Below the pieces are notes generated by a model. The model was not told where the DNA came from and did no database searches. It saw only the letters and a program-made list of their open reading frames with translations. DNA of 64,000 bases from Epiperipatus broadwayi (Eukaryota; Animalia; Onychophora). The stretch covers positions 2,976,001 through 3,040,000 of the forward strand of contig JAQFVV010000004.1 of assembly GCA_028023455.1 (NCBI GenBank), given 5' to 3'. How positions within the stretch are numbered: the stretch's first letter is position 1; each line of letters starts with the position of its first letter. Below are positions 1-13,569 of this stretch, piece by piece. Made by a program: the position numbers and the translations under genes.

Positions 1-299
1 CTAATGGTATTAAAACAAAAACATGGCAGGAGATGATAACAAGGAATATGGCTGAGGAGAAATTAATGGTCTAAAAAAATCAGTTCACAGTGCAAGAAAT
101 GAAACATTAGTTTAGCGAATTTACCACAACTTTTTCTTTTTTGATAAAAATAATTTACACGTGACAGTAATTTGCAAAGTGATTTCCTGCATATTTAAAA
201 AAAAAAAACAACAACAGAAACTTAAAATATTTGTTTATTATTTATAATGGCTTACTGCTGATAAGGAAAAATACTAACCAATAATAAAATATAAAATGG

Positions 300-472
300 A
301 ATCAAGGGAAATAGAATTATAATTACTTTAATCAAAATTTATAATTAATTTGTATATAGTTAAATAATTTATAAGTCCAAATAAATCAAGGGAAATAGAA
401 ATATAATTACTTAGATCAAAATTTATAGTTAATTTGTATACATTTAGTTAAATAAGTTATAAATCCAAATAA
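300..472. repeat. Two-copy tandem duplication (~85 bp unit)
   Basis: aatcaagggaaatagaa..ataattact..atcaaaatttata..taatttgta..tagttaaataa.ttataa.tccaaataaa occurs at ~300 and ~384. Confidence 0.8.
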
Positions 473-845
473 AGGTTGCAAACAATTATATTTAGTTAAA
501 CTATGAGTGTGTGTATATATATCGTTTTCATTAAACTATGAGTGTGTATCGTTTTCAATCATTTTAAAACCAGTTCAGGATTAAAATTACTCCAATATCA
601 ATCGACTTTTTGCTTCTCTTTTCTACATCTCAAATATCTATTTCACAACTGATATCTTTTTAGGTGTTCACACTTTTTTGGTATTCCCATTTAGGATTTA
701 GTTGTCAAATAGAAGAATTGCGGTGGAGGTGGGTGGGACTTAGTTGTTGTGCATAAGCACGTGGAAATGAAAAATGAAACATCAAATATTTGTTAAAAAA
801 TTTAGCCATAAAAGAAATTTGTACTAATTTTTAATTTTACTGTAA

Positions 846-926
846 TGTCAAGCGTTGGTAGCCTAGCGTTTAGCATAGCTGCCTTCCAAGCAGCTGGTCC
901 GGGTTCGCTTCCCGGTCCACGCATTT
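846..926 (+). mobile_element. tRNA-Gly(TCC)-derived SINE copy / tRNA pseudogene
   Basis: 852-923 aligns with metazoan tRNA-Gly(TCC) (GCGTTGG...GCTGC-CTTCCAA-GCAGC...CCGGG-TTCGCTT-CCCGG). The D-stem is broken, the acceptor stem has a mismatch, and the T-loop reads TTCGC rather than TTCGA. It has the same gtcaa leader as other SINE copies. Confidence 0.8.
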
Positions 927-1004
927 ACAGCGCTGGCTACATATGTAATATAAAGAAGGAAACATCTCCAGCCATGTGCCTTTTTACGAATTTACATGCA
1001 CTTG

Positions 1005-1620
1005 CTATATAAATAGATTTCAGTAAAATTCAATTTTCACTATTTATTTTTAATCACACGTTGTTAAAATTAATTACACGTTGTTAAAAATGAAATCCTA
1101 TCTCTGTCCTGCTACAGAATGAATAAGTTTGTACAAAAATCCAGGTACACAGCATGGTGAGGAAAGGTTGGTTTCTATAATGTTAGGTTTTTAAGCATAA
1201 GCAGACCACTTATGCTTTTTAAATTGATGCTCATGGTGAGAGCATATAAATTCATAAAAAATGCATGAATAGAGATTTGTTACTTTTTTTAATATTTCAT
1301 ACATAGTCAGCACTATATAAATAGATTATTTATTACAGTAAAATTTAAAATTCACAATTTATTTCTATTGCATGTGTTTAAAAATGAGATTCTATTCCTC
1401 TCCTGCTAAAGAATGAATATGTTTGTACAATTCATTTATTAAGTTATAATTCAAGCATACAATAGATTAAAACCCTTATCGCAGCATGGTGAGCAAAAGT
1501 TGGCTTGTATAATGATAAGTTTTAAGCATAAGTGGACCATTTATGCTTTTTAAACTGTTGGTCATGGGTGAGTGTGTATAAATTTATAAAAATCCCATGA
1601 TCAGAGGTTTGTTACCTTCT
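1005..1620. repeat. Diverged ~310-bp tandem duplication
   Basis: Blocks tataaatagatt / cctgcta.agaatgaata.gtttgtacaa / cagcatggtgag / aagcataag..gacca.ttatgcttttaaa are repeated at 1005-1285 and 1315-1620. Confidence 0.8.
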
Positions 1621-3489
1621 TTATAACAATATTTTTTATAAATAGATGATTATATATATATAATAATAGATTTCATTGCATTGACAAATATTTAACACTT
1701 GAAATAATAAACATCCGAGTACTGCTATATTAATGCAATACTTCTAGTGTCAAGGACAATCACATAACAAATGAAAAAATAAATCTTTTTTATATAGCTT
1801 AAGCTCTTGCATCAATCAGTTTTGGATCAAATTCATTCATTTTATTTTATATTCCTGTTTACTTCGGCCAACAATTTTCTAATATGATATTTTCTATCAT
1901 AATACTCATTTTATTTTTAAATTCAAATACTATTTTTTACTTCTATTAATCAAACAGACAAACTATATTTATTAATAAGTAGAGATAATTTTTTTATATA
2001 ATAAATGCCTTTATTTACTGTATACTGAAAAGCAAAAAAAAAAATTATTTTGTCAATCACAATTGGGTTTTTTAGATTGAACCTAGAATAAATCCATAAT
2101 TCAATTAAGTTATCTCCCCCTTTTCACACTTGTAATCCAAGTTCAATACCAATGTAGTTGATGAAATAATTATTTTTTGCTGTAGGCATGGTGAATTAAA
2201 GCATTTACTATAAAATATTTTTATCACTATTTATTAAATTTTTAATATTGACACAGTAAATAAAAATATCAAACTACATTGTACTTTAAATGAACTTGCA
2301 CTAATAGTTCATAGATATCACTAAATATGTATGCAATAAGATATGTATACCTATGGTGAATGCATCAATATAAAGACATCCTTTCTGGTAAAAAGTGTTC
2401 AACATTTTTTTTGCTCTTGAAAAAAGGTTATCAAAACTTTTGTTATTTAATATGTATAATTTTACTTTAAATCAATTTGACACTTATAGTTTATATATAT
2501 GACTTGATATATATATAATGTATTCATTATGTATGTGCAACCAATTTTTTAAAAATAAATGTCTAATAAAACAATATTGTGACATTCTTTAATGGCTTTA
2601 GCTGCGTTGGCTCTTTAAGCAGGTGTCACACGCATCTTTATTTGATTGGTCAAAATGTTTTCTTTTTTTGATGAAGTAAAAACTATAAGCATGACATCAA
2701 CAGAAATATGGTCATTTGATACAGCTTTAACATAGCTTTCTAAAAATGTCTTTAAAGAAAAAATCTGATGAAATTGGAATTTTATTAATTTTTTTCATAA
2801 TCAGCGCATTTAATTTTTTTTGATCAATTTTGTAATTTCCAGAAAGCGAAAGAGAGAAAACTTTTATCAGCCTAAAAATATGCTTTTATCAGATTAAAAA
2901 TATGCTGATTCACATACAAGGCTTTCCATGGAGTCTAAACGTAATTAAACAGTATTGGACTCGGTATGTGCACAATTTTAATTTTTTGAATATTCTAATT
3001 TTTTTTAATTATTTGAAAAAATGATTTAATTTTTATTAATTTGCATTTGTAGTGGTGTGTGTCTATATAAATTTATATTTATTTATGCTCATATGAATTC
3101 ATACGTACTGTAATTTTATGTGTTCTAATCCACTTATTTCATAAAAATAAACTTATTTTATAAAAATGATTCTCAAAAGGTTTAATAATTTATTATTTGA
3201 AAAATGATTTATTGGGTTTGTATGGTGTGTGTATATATAAATTCTATATTTATTTATGCTCATGTGAATTTATAAGTACAATAATTTTGTGTGTTTAAAT
3301 CCATTTTATAAAAAATAATGATTCTCAAAAGGTTTAATAATTTATTATTATGTTTATATGTGTTTGTGTTTACAAGTAATGATTTACAAAACTAATAATC
3401 AAATGTACAGAAAGATGGCATATGCAGGCAAATAGCATCACTAGTTTGCATAAAGAATATAAACACCACTGGTGTGCATAAAGAATATA

Positions 3490-5862
3490 AACATCACTGA
3501 TGTACACAAAAAAAATGAAGAGATAAAACTAATTTTATCAGTGATACAGACAATAGCCTACAATTTCTAGTTTTAGATAGACAAGAAGCCAATTGCTATG
3601 ATGACAAATGCATATCTATCTTCTGGAAATGATTTGCTTTGTATCCTTTATTAGGATGAATCTTTTTCTTATAGATGCCTTTGAGTTTTGGGTAACTTTT
3701 GGGGTACAAGATAAAAATGAAGAATTCTTATGTGAATACTTTTGGAGATTCTGAAGCTATGGATTATCTCAGGTAAGGCATATTATATATGGTTTGAAAG
3801 ATAATTTTGTGAGGAATACAAAGAAATTATTACTGAAGATGTAATTTAAAATTAGTTGATGATGAAATAGAAATTATGAACAAACAAAATAATAATTATG
3901 TTGGATGTTTAAATTTCTTTTTTAACTTTTATTTTTTAAATGGTAATCACTATTTGTCTTAGCCTTATTGTTTTCCTTAATTTTTTTAGTTTCTACCAAT
4001 GTAATTTTTTTTGCTCTAACATTATTAAAACTGAAGTTATTGTGAAAATCTCCATCAGTTTTTTAATAAATTCAATATGGCGCATGGAGAACTAAGCAGT
4101 TAATAGTAGTAGCATGATATCCACTAGCGGCAGCTGATTCATTGAAATTTTGTTTTCTTTTTTAAATTGCAGGAAAACTATAAGGAAGATATTTACAAAA
4201 ATCCTCACATTTTCTACTGTTTGAATTGCTTTTTAAAATGCCATATTTCATGTTAAAATTGGACAAAATTTGAATTTTTATGTTAATATTTTTATTAATA
4301 GGTTCATTTAATTTTTTTCTTTTCTGTTAAATTTACTAGATTGCATGAAGTAGACAAAGGCACAATTTTTTTTTAAGCAAGACAATAGGAAAATGGATTA
4401 AAGATATCGTGATGGTTCAAGACCTTCATCTTGATGAAAATGTAATATTGTAAGTATTCAATTTAAATTTTTTTTTATTTTCATAGCATTTCAAATTTTT
4501 CTATTATTTGCACAGTATTATTTTATAAATTATAATGTATTAATCTGTTTGCACTAGTATTAGTATGTGTCATACATAAATTATACTTCTATTCAAATAT
4601 AAAGTAGTGGTTTATGTATAATACAATTTTGGGACTTGTAAGTATTCAATTTTAATTTTTTTTTCGTAGTATGTTAAATTTTTCTACTATTTGCAAAGTA
4701 TTATTTTAAATTTTTTTATTATTTGATAAATTATAATTTATTAAAGTGTTTGCATTTATATTAGTGTGTTTAGTATATAAATTATACTTGTATTCAAATA
4801 TAATGTAGTGGTTCATGTAACAATGTAATTTTGGGGTTCTGGTCCAAGTTTAAGACCTTATTTTATAGACATTATGATTCTCAAAAGGTTTAGTAATTTA
4901 TTAATGTGTTTATATTTGTATTAGTGTGTTTGTGTTTGCACTTGCATGTTTGTGTCTGTATAACAAGTAATGATATATTATAGAGCAGTGCAATGTAAAT
5001 TTTAAGATTATCAGATGTACGGAAAAATTGCAGTTGATAAAGCAATCACAAAATTTATTGGGCATAGTACCATGAGAAAATATAAACTCTTAAAACCAAT
5101 AAAGAGAAGTATCAAGTGGTGTGTGTGGTGATAGCCACAATGATTATGTATACCATATGGAATTGTAAGCAGGCAAAAAATAAAATCCTGATTTTTGCCC
5201 ATGACTTGGCACTCATGCTGTGGGATCACTAGTTTTTCCACATCTTGCATCACATTATTTTCAAGTATGCAAATAAATTATATCTCTGTGGGACAATAAA
5301 TATAAAAATATAGCATCACTGGTGTACACAAAAATATAAAATGAAAAGATGGAACTCATTTTTTCATTGATACAGACAGTAGCCTTCAATTTCTAGTTTT
5401 ATATAGACAAAAAGCCAATTGCTATGATGACAAATGCATATCTATTTTCTGGAAATGACTTGTTTTGGATCTTTTATTAGAATAACTTTTAGAGTACAAA
5501 ATAAAAATAAAGAATTCTTATGTAATTACTTTTGGAGATTCTGAAGCTATGGATTATCTCAGGATAAAAATAGTATATATGGTTTGAATGAGAATTTTGT
5601 GAAAAATACAAAGAACTTATCAATGGAGATGTAATTTAAACTTAATGATAAATTAGAACTTGTGAACAAACAATAAAGTAATAATTATTTTGGATGTTGA
5701 AATTTCTTTTTTTTTTCTTACTTTTTTATTATTTATCTTAGTCTTATCATTTTCCTTATTTTTTCTAGTTTCTATCAATGTAAATGTTTTTGCTCTAAAA
5801 TGAAAACTGAAGTTATTATGAAAATTGTGTCTCAAGTCAGTTTTTTAAAAATTCAATATGAC
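3490..5862. repeat. Diverged ~590-bp direct duplication (3490-4082 vs 5312-5862) within a wider block of local duplications (~3040-5860)
   Basis: Shared blocks include catcactg.tgtacacaaaa, caatttctagtttta.atagacaa.aagccaattgctatgatgacaaatgcatatctat and ggagattctgaagctatggattatctcagg. 4443-4635 is also repeated at 4636-4830. Confidence 0.85.
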
Positions 5863-6750
5863 ACCTAAGCCCATGATATAGTTAATACATATGATTTTGC
5901 TTTAAAGTAACTGGTAAACTAACTTTATTTTATCTAACTTAAATCAAGCTTTAAATTGAAATAAAAAAATAGCATGCATTATTTAAAACATAATAATTTG
6001 GTTTTAAAATATTAACTTTATTACTGAAACAAAAAATGTCTATATTGTCCTATCATATGTCTTAAACTTATGTGAATGAATAAAACAAACAAACATACAG
6101 AGATTCTGAGTTAAATAAAAGCATTTAAAACATTTCTTTTTAAAAATAATGGCCAGATATAAAATTTATTAAATACATTCATTCAATGTTATCTTAATTT
6201 TATTTGTTTTTTTTTTATATATATTTTATTGGCTTACTTATTATCACCTGATATAAATAAACATAATTATCAACATCTTCAATTTTATTGCTAATAACTA
6301 TAATGTTCATGGGTAACATAAATGTTAAACATTTTTTATACTAAAAATTATTTTGATGTCTTTCTTCTAACTTTATGAAAATGTTTCATATAGCATTATA
6401 TCATATGATATTCATTGATTACTATTTATTGTAAATTATTATGATGTAAACAGAACAACTCTTACAATCATAGTGTTAATCTTAGCCAAAGAATAGAATG
6501 TGGGATAAAACTTAAGTCTCTAAAATATTTAAAAACTTATCTAGTGTCATATCTATATAACTATGCAAATGAGTTGGCTTTTATTCAAATTATGAGGTTT
6601 TTTTAAATTTCAAGCTATTAATTTAATTACCATAAAGAAATAAAGTGAGTAATAAAAGAAAGTTAGAAATTGGTCAGAGATTAGGATATAATAGCATTAA
6701 AATATTTGTTATCCATTGATTTCTTAGATTCTATAATAGATGGTCTAAAG

Positions 6751-7199
6751 CAGGGGTCCCCAACCCTATGCCTATGAGCACCACGGTGCCCGCCGACCAT
6801 TTTACGTGTGCCCACCGCTATCCGAACACGATAAAAAATTATTTATCTGATACAAATAAATTTAATTTTTAAATTTCTTATAAATTATTGTATTATATTG
6901 TAATCAAATTGTAGGGCATACTATACTTTTACAGCGTAAAAATATAAACGTTAATTATATATTAAAATTTTATTTTGAAATAAATATTTTTTTGTACATT
7001 ATGTGTATTACTAACAATATCCAACTATAAATTTACATACGATGTGATGTGATGTATTTTGGCTTCTCCTTATACGAAGTCAAGAATATCTCAGAAATTA
7101 TGCCTAGATAAACCTGTACATTGAAAAAATAAATGGTGCCCGCCACCAGGCCGGTATTATAGAATGTGCTCTTAAGTGCAAAAAAGTTGGGGACCCCTG
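6751..7199. mobile_element. Non-autonomous hAT (Charlie-type) MITE, 449 bp
   Basis: Perfect 14-bp TIRs CAGGGGTCCCCAAC / GTTGGGGACCCCTG. 8-bp TSD GTCTAAAG at 6743-6750 and 7200-7207, matching the nTCTARAn target of Charlie hATs. Subterminal ggtgcccgcc motif near both ends. Confidence 0.95.
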
Positions 7200-8649
7200 G
7201 TCTAAAGAATATTGATAAAATCTGGTTTTGGAAGCATGAGAGTAAGTATGAGAAAGTTAGATGATATTGTTGGTATTAACCTTCCAAATGAAACTGTATA
7301 ATAGGTCTATTGATAGTATAAAATGAAATGTCTAAAATGTATAAAAACTGAACTAGGGTCACATCTATAAAACAGTGCCAGCAAATTGGTTTTGGCTCAA
7401 AGTATCAATTTTTTTATTTAAATTCAGACTATTAACTTGAATAGAATAGAGGTAATATATGACTTCTATCTCTATAAATACACATTCTAGTTCTGCATCT
7501 TAAGTCTCTCCTGACAAAAGAAAATGGTATAATGATCTGGAATGTGGATATTATAACATTACAAATTCTGATGACAATTGATTCCTCATATTTATAGTAC
7601 ATAGTTTCATAGTAAGGCTTTAAATACTTCTGAAAATGCTGAAAATAATTTTGGAAAAAATGTATCAAAGTGTAAAATAATGATTTTAGATGTGATTAAT
7701 GAATATTTTATTGAAAGTTCATTAATCAATGCAATATAATTAAAATCATTATTTTAAATATAATCCATCTACAATATAAAAAAAAAAGGGAGTAATATGC
7801 TTATATATAATAAAAAATACCAATCTATTCATTTATATTATGTAGTGGCAAATATTACTTAAGATATACTAGAAGTTTAATCAAATTTACACTAGAGAAT
7901 GGTATATAATTTTATATTTTAATTTTATTGCATTTATTAAAATAATTGCTCATTTGTTTAAGGTTTGAAATGAGATCTATAATGAATGATTTCTGCCTTC
8001 ATTCATAACAAATAAACACACATATATCTATATATAATTTTGCAGAAGCTAGTTATATAAAAACTTCCTGGTTGCTATAATAGTGAAATATGCACATATT
8101 TAAAACTTTATTGTAGCTAAAACATATTTAATATGAGAGTCCGTTTGTTTATTTTCCATTTTGTAATAATGCCATTCAAGGTATGTTAAAAGTATAATTA
8201 AATTTGCAATAGGAAATCGTATATAAATTTTACTTTTTTTACAATTTATTTTGGTGCATTTCCATATACTGTAAATATATATAATATTTAAATACATGTA
8301 TATTTTCTATACTAAATTTAATGTAATTAGAATGAGACAGAGGTGGTGACAGACATGATCTCAAGATCCATAAGTTCAGCCCAACTCTGTTATTTCTGGC
8401 ACTCAAATTTTTTATATATTTTTGAGCAATAAATCATTAGATTTTTTGATTAATTTATTCATCATCATCATCATCACTATTAAATATACACATATTAGTT
8501 ATATATTATTAGATATATTTTAATTTATTTAATGTTTTAAAAGTGATTAGAAATTAATTTCATCTTGTGAAATTTAACATTTAACCATATTGAAGGAGAA
8601 TGAATTTATATCTGGGTTTGATTTGAAGTTAATCCTAAATAATATCACT

Positions 8650-9310
8650 TGTCAGATTTACCATCTCTATAAAGAACTGAGGAAGCAGACATAAATGGTC
8701 ATTTTGTGTTTAGCTCAGCAATCTGATAAAGAGGATGACACACTGATATCAGCATTTAAATTGATCCTAGTTTTATATACAGTTAGAAGCAATGTACTAG
8801 TCAGACATTACTTTTTTACATTAGTTTTTTAAAATGAATAGAAATTAGATCTATTTTATAAAGTTTAATGTTTGACCACAATGAAGAAAGTTCTGTTTAC
8901 TTGTTGTTTGGATTTAGAGGTTCCCTGAATAATATAATTTTTAAGATTTACCATCTCTATAAGAGTTGAAAAAGTAGGCATAAATGGTCATTTTATATTT
9001 TTAAAGCGATTTGATTGTTGCTTCACTATAAACAGCATTTGGAAAGTTGTTTATTCTAGTGATTACATATAGTTATAAGCATTGCATTCTCAGAAGATTT
9101 AAAAATGAATAAAAGTTAACTCTATGAAGTTTATTCTTTAGCAATATAGAATAAGAATATGTTTTCAGCTAGATCTGAATTGGGATTCACTCTAGATAAA
9201 ACCTTATCTTAGATTTACCTTCTCTGTGAGATCTGAGAAAGCACCATGACAGTCTATGTGATAAAAAGATTAATGCATTGATATTAATAGTCTTTGGAAA
9301 GTTGATCATT
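8650..9310. repeat. Old diverged tandem repeat, ~3 units of 270-290 bp
   Basis: agatttacc(a/t)tctct(a/g)t at ~8654, ~8944 and ~9212. cataaatggtcatttt recurs in units 1 and 2. Confidence 0.6.
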
Positions 9311-9765
9311 ACAGTCTATATATATATCATAAAAATGGAGACAAATCAGCATGTTGTTGTTGTTTTTTTAATGGAAAAATTTAATTGCAACAATAATTAA
9401 CATTTTGACCAAACTGCATTTTCATTCTCAAGACGGTCAATCTGATTTAGCTGAAACATTTACAGTTGTGAATATTTTTTTTCATCAAAAAAATAATACA
9501 TTCAGTAGCTTCTCTTTATTTTCTATTTTAAAATTATACGTAAATGGAAAAACATAAATGGAAGTTTTACAGATTAATGTTATTTTGTAACTTATATATA
9601 TATATACAGATTTATAAATGTACAATTTGAAAATTTTTAACATTTCCCTGTATTTTTTTATACTTTTTATTTTTTATATTGAATTCAGTTGTGACATAAA
9701 TAAAGAAGTAACCAATTAACAACGGTATTGACAAACAGAAATAATATCATGTAATATAAGAATTT

Positions 9766-9866
9766 TTTTTATGTGTCAAAGCATCGGCCGGGAAGCAAAC
9801 CCGCGAACCCAGAGCAACTGCTTGTAAGGCGGCTGTGCTGACCACTCAGTCACCAACGCTTGACTA
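9766..9866 (-). mobile_element. tRNA-Gly-derived SINE
   Basis: Minus strand reads gtcaaGCGTTGGTGACTGAGTGGTCAGCACAGCCGCCTTACAAGCAG...CCCGGCCGATGCtttgacacat plus an A-tail. 14-bp TSD taatataagaattt at 9752-9765 and 9867-9880. Confidence 0.9.
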
Positions 9867-10723
9867 TAATATAAGAATTTATTTGCCTGACTCCATATAA
9901 ATCAAAAGTGGAATCTTTAACTTATGAACAGTCATTAATACTTTATATATGTAAAAGAATCATGTATTTTAACATCAAATCTTTTTCACTGGTAAACAAA
10001 TTTTTCCTTTAATTAATATATATACAATAATTAAAAAATTTACATGAACTTATAGATATATGATTTTTTTCTCTACAGTACAGGCTTTTTCATACCTGCA
10101 CTTCAATATGTAATATAGGGGGTTTGAACTCAGACTTTCACACGACCCTCAATTATCCACTAAATATTGATAGTTTTACTGACATTTTTCATGTATTTTT
10201 TTTAGTTTAGCTATGTTAAATCAAGCAAAGAACTAATTAAAAATTGGACTGAGTGAAATCAAAATAAAAAAGTACACAAAACGACTCATTAAACTTTCAA
10301 TATTTACATTTACAAATCCATGAAATATTCTAATTATACTTTAGAGGAAAGGGTTTGTTTACTTATAAAAAAGTTTTAAGAAGTTGTGATGCCTCAATTT
10401 TTCACATATGTAAAGTATCGATATCTGACTTACTTTCCTTATTTAAAACTAGGAAATAAGAGACTTCCACTTTTGATTTATATTAAGTCAGACAATCAAA
10501 TACTATTACTACATGTTGCCCTGTAAATAATACCTACCAGAAAATAAACCTTAGAATGATTTTTGAGGATACTTATAGACTACTCAAATATAAGCCCTAG
10601 TTAAGATCAGCAGCCAGATACATGGCTTTTGTTTGATCATTGAAACATATGATGGACATATTGAATTATAAAATAATGAATGTATAAATAAACAATATTA
10701 TTCACATTAATGCTTTAAACAAA

Positions 10724-10946
<223 letters not shown>

Positions 10947-11647
10947 TCTTTTGTATTTTCAACAAATGTAATTCTATCTATATAGAAAAACAATTTATCT
11001 ATATCAGATAATTTATAATGTTATTTATATACTTTATGTATTTATTTTATTTATATTTAATCTTAGATTTAGAATGTTTGATTTAGTTTTAGAATTTCAG
11101 CATGGTAGGTTTTAAATATTAAAGATAAAAGAAAAAACAATTGGATTTATTAAACTTTTTTTTATTTTCTAAAAGTTTTAATTAAAATAATGAAAGTGAT
11201 TTTAAAAAATCAAAGTTTAGTTTAAGTTAAATCATCAATGTTTCTCCTAAAGAAATGTTTTTAAAAGGAATACCTAAGCAGGGCTACTACAAGTAATTTG
11301 GAAACTGTTTTCAATTTGAGTACTTGATAATGGATAGACATGGTTGTGTCACCTATGAATCATCATAATTCAATATGCCACATGTTGTTATGGACATACT
11401 TAATTTCATGTGTGAAATACAGAAACATCTTTTGTTGTTTTTGTATGGACAAACTTTCTTAACTGTAATCATTTACGTTAACATTCCTATCAAGCAAGTC
11501 TTCAATTGACCAATTACGTTAATTGTAATTTAAATGAAATATTATTCTGATCATCAGATAACATGAGTACAAAAAAGAAATTGTGGGGGATTATAGAATA
11601 ACAATCGTACAACTTTCTATAAAGAAAAGAAGTACTTGAAAAAAATG

Positions 11648-11757
11648 TAGATTTTTGTGCATGACAAAATAAGACATCCACTGAAAATAAGCCCTACAGT
11701 GTCTTTTGGAGCAAAAATTAATATAAGACCCAGTCTTATTTTTGGCAAAACATGGTA
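11648..11757. mobile_element. Degenerate short Tc1/mariner-superfamily (Tc2/pogo-like) MITE
   Basis: aaaataagac...ctgaaaataagcc...ggagcaaaaattaatataagac.cagtcttatttttggcaaaacatggTA resembles short MITEs ending gtcttattttcggggaaacacggTA. The left TIR is decayed. Confidence 0.55.
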
Positions 11758-12169
11758 AATGATCTGATTTCGTTTGTCATTCCAGTTTGGTTGCTTTAGT
11801 TACATGCTAGCTGAATTGTACAATTAAAAAAATACATAGAAAATCTCATTAAAACTGTCGATATTTACACACACATATATATCCACACATTCACATTCAT
11901 CACACTAGTTATTTTATTTACTACTATGTAAAAAAATCATAGCACAAAATTTACTTGTATATTCTATATACTCTGATTGAGTAAGAAGTAGTTGTCCTAT
12001 AATCTTTTGAATATAATATTAATAAAAGCTTATAGAAAATGGATTATAAATTACTTTAATATGTCTCTACTTCCTGAAATCTTTTCAATCAGTTTCTTTT
12101 TTTTTTTTTTTGAAGAATAACAATAAAAGTGCATTACTCAGTATAAAATGTTTTGAATACATAAACAAA

Positions 12170-12545
12170 AATATTATCTTTATCAATTCTCCACCACCAG
12201 CATTAATTATTTGCATTGTTAAACCATTTTTGAAAGTTTTATCTATTAGGCATTGTATTTGGGATTACTTCTCTATTTAGCAAAGCCAAATTTGCACAGT
12301 CCATATTGTGATGCCTCTTATAAGAAGATAAGAGAAGGGTAAAAAACAAATTTGATTTTATTTAAATATTTTTTTAGAAATCCTTTTTACATCAAATCAA
12401 AGTTTTTTTTTCCTTCAATGGCTTTTTGAGCAAAAATGAATTAAGAAATTGCATGTCTTGTACCACCTATGTATGAAGACTTGCATTCACTTTCATCACA
12501 TTCTGTTTGTGAAATTAAATCCTCTGTACTTTTGAACTCTTTTTA
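12170..12545 (-). pseudogene. Decayed GIY-YIG endonuclease-like segment, candidate Penelope-like element relic
   Basis: Minus-strand translation gives DLISQTECDESECKSSYIGGTR (cf. GVVYKIxCxxCxxxYIGET of PLE endonucleases; YIG codons at 12465-12473). Other frames downstream give HNMDCANLALLNRE and IINAGGG (cf. HxFDxxNxxILxxE and LNRDxG). Stops and frameshifts are present. Confidence 0.5.
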
Positions 12546-13569
12546 CTCTTTCATCATAACTTTATATAATATATGAAAAATTTTGATTTTTTTTAAAAAT
12601 TCTTTTCCCATAATTAAAATTTTACATTTTCATGTGTAATAAATCAATTCTCTATTCAAATTATTTAAATTCTTATAAATCATTAATTGTTTAAGAAGTG
12701 TCAATCTGTTTTTGAGTTCTACATAAAATATGCTAAATTTTCTTTAAAACATTTATATTTACCTGCTTTGCCATTAAAAAAGAATGCTAAAGAATAAGTT
12801 AAATTTACTTTAATATGAAACATCACCATTATATTGAATTATGTTCATTATCAGTTTAAGTTGTTGTTAAAAATATATTATTAAAAATTATAATATTCTT
12901 TTTTTTTAAAAAAAAATTGTATCTAAGTAATTAAATAAAGACTAAATATGTGATGTTTAGTGGCAATTAAATAGACATAGCAGATTGTTATAATTTTTAA
13001 TATTAAATTATAGATTACTGTAATAAGTAATAAATACATTATTACTATTATTAGCTACTATCATATAACATAATTCCTGGTAATCATAAGAGTAGCATTA
13101 ATCAGAAATAATCCTAAAATAAAACAAGAGCTCAGAAAAAACATCTTTCAGTTAATAACATATTTTTTTTGCAGCATAGTTTAAAATATAAGACAGTAAT
13201 CTTTATTTTTTATGTAAATAAATTACTAAAAGGATTCCAACTATTATTTAAAAGATTAAAACCAAAAGCATGTTGATATTTATGGCATTGATTTCTTTTT
13301 TTATATCATTACATCTAATTAGTGATAATCATAAAACTATGGTATAGGAGGCAATTTGCATACATTTGCATATAACATTAATAATCTGAAAAGACTATGA
13401 ATATGGAGCAACAAGGACTCTGAAAGCACTAAGTTTGCAAATTAGAAAATATAAAAAAGCCTACAAATTATTACATAAAAAAGTTTCATCGCAACGCATC
13501 AGCGTATTATTAATTACAAGTTTTATGGGAAATATTTGATAAATTAAATGAGAAGCCAGAAAAATAAAA

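Noticed and set aside
720-775. Next collier exon (HNN motif on the minus strand)
   Set aside because: It reads MHNN* with an immediate stop and no similarity to MFVHNNSKHGRR.
852-923. Functional tRNA-Gly(TCC) gene
   Set aside because: The D-stem is largely unpaired, the acceptor stem has a mismatch, the invariant A58 is C, there is no T4+ terminator, and it shares the SINE leader. Treated as a SINE/pseudogene; tRNAscan-SE would settle it.
5011-5253. Ulp1-protease-like or other real ORF
   Set aside because: No convincing catalytic motifs, and it lies within a decayed duplicated block.
7420-7700. Possible coding relic after an AG acceptor
   Set aside because: All frames are interrupted by stops and there is no recognisable domain.
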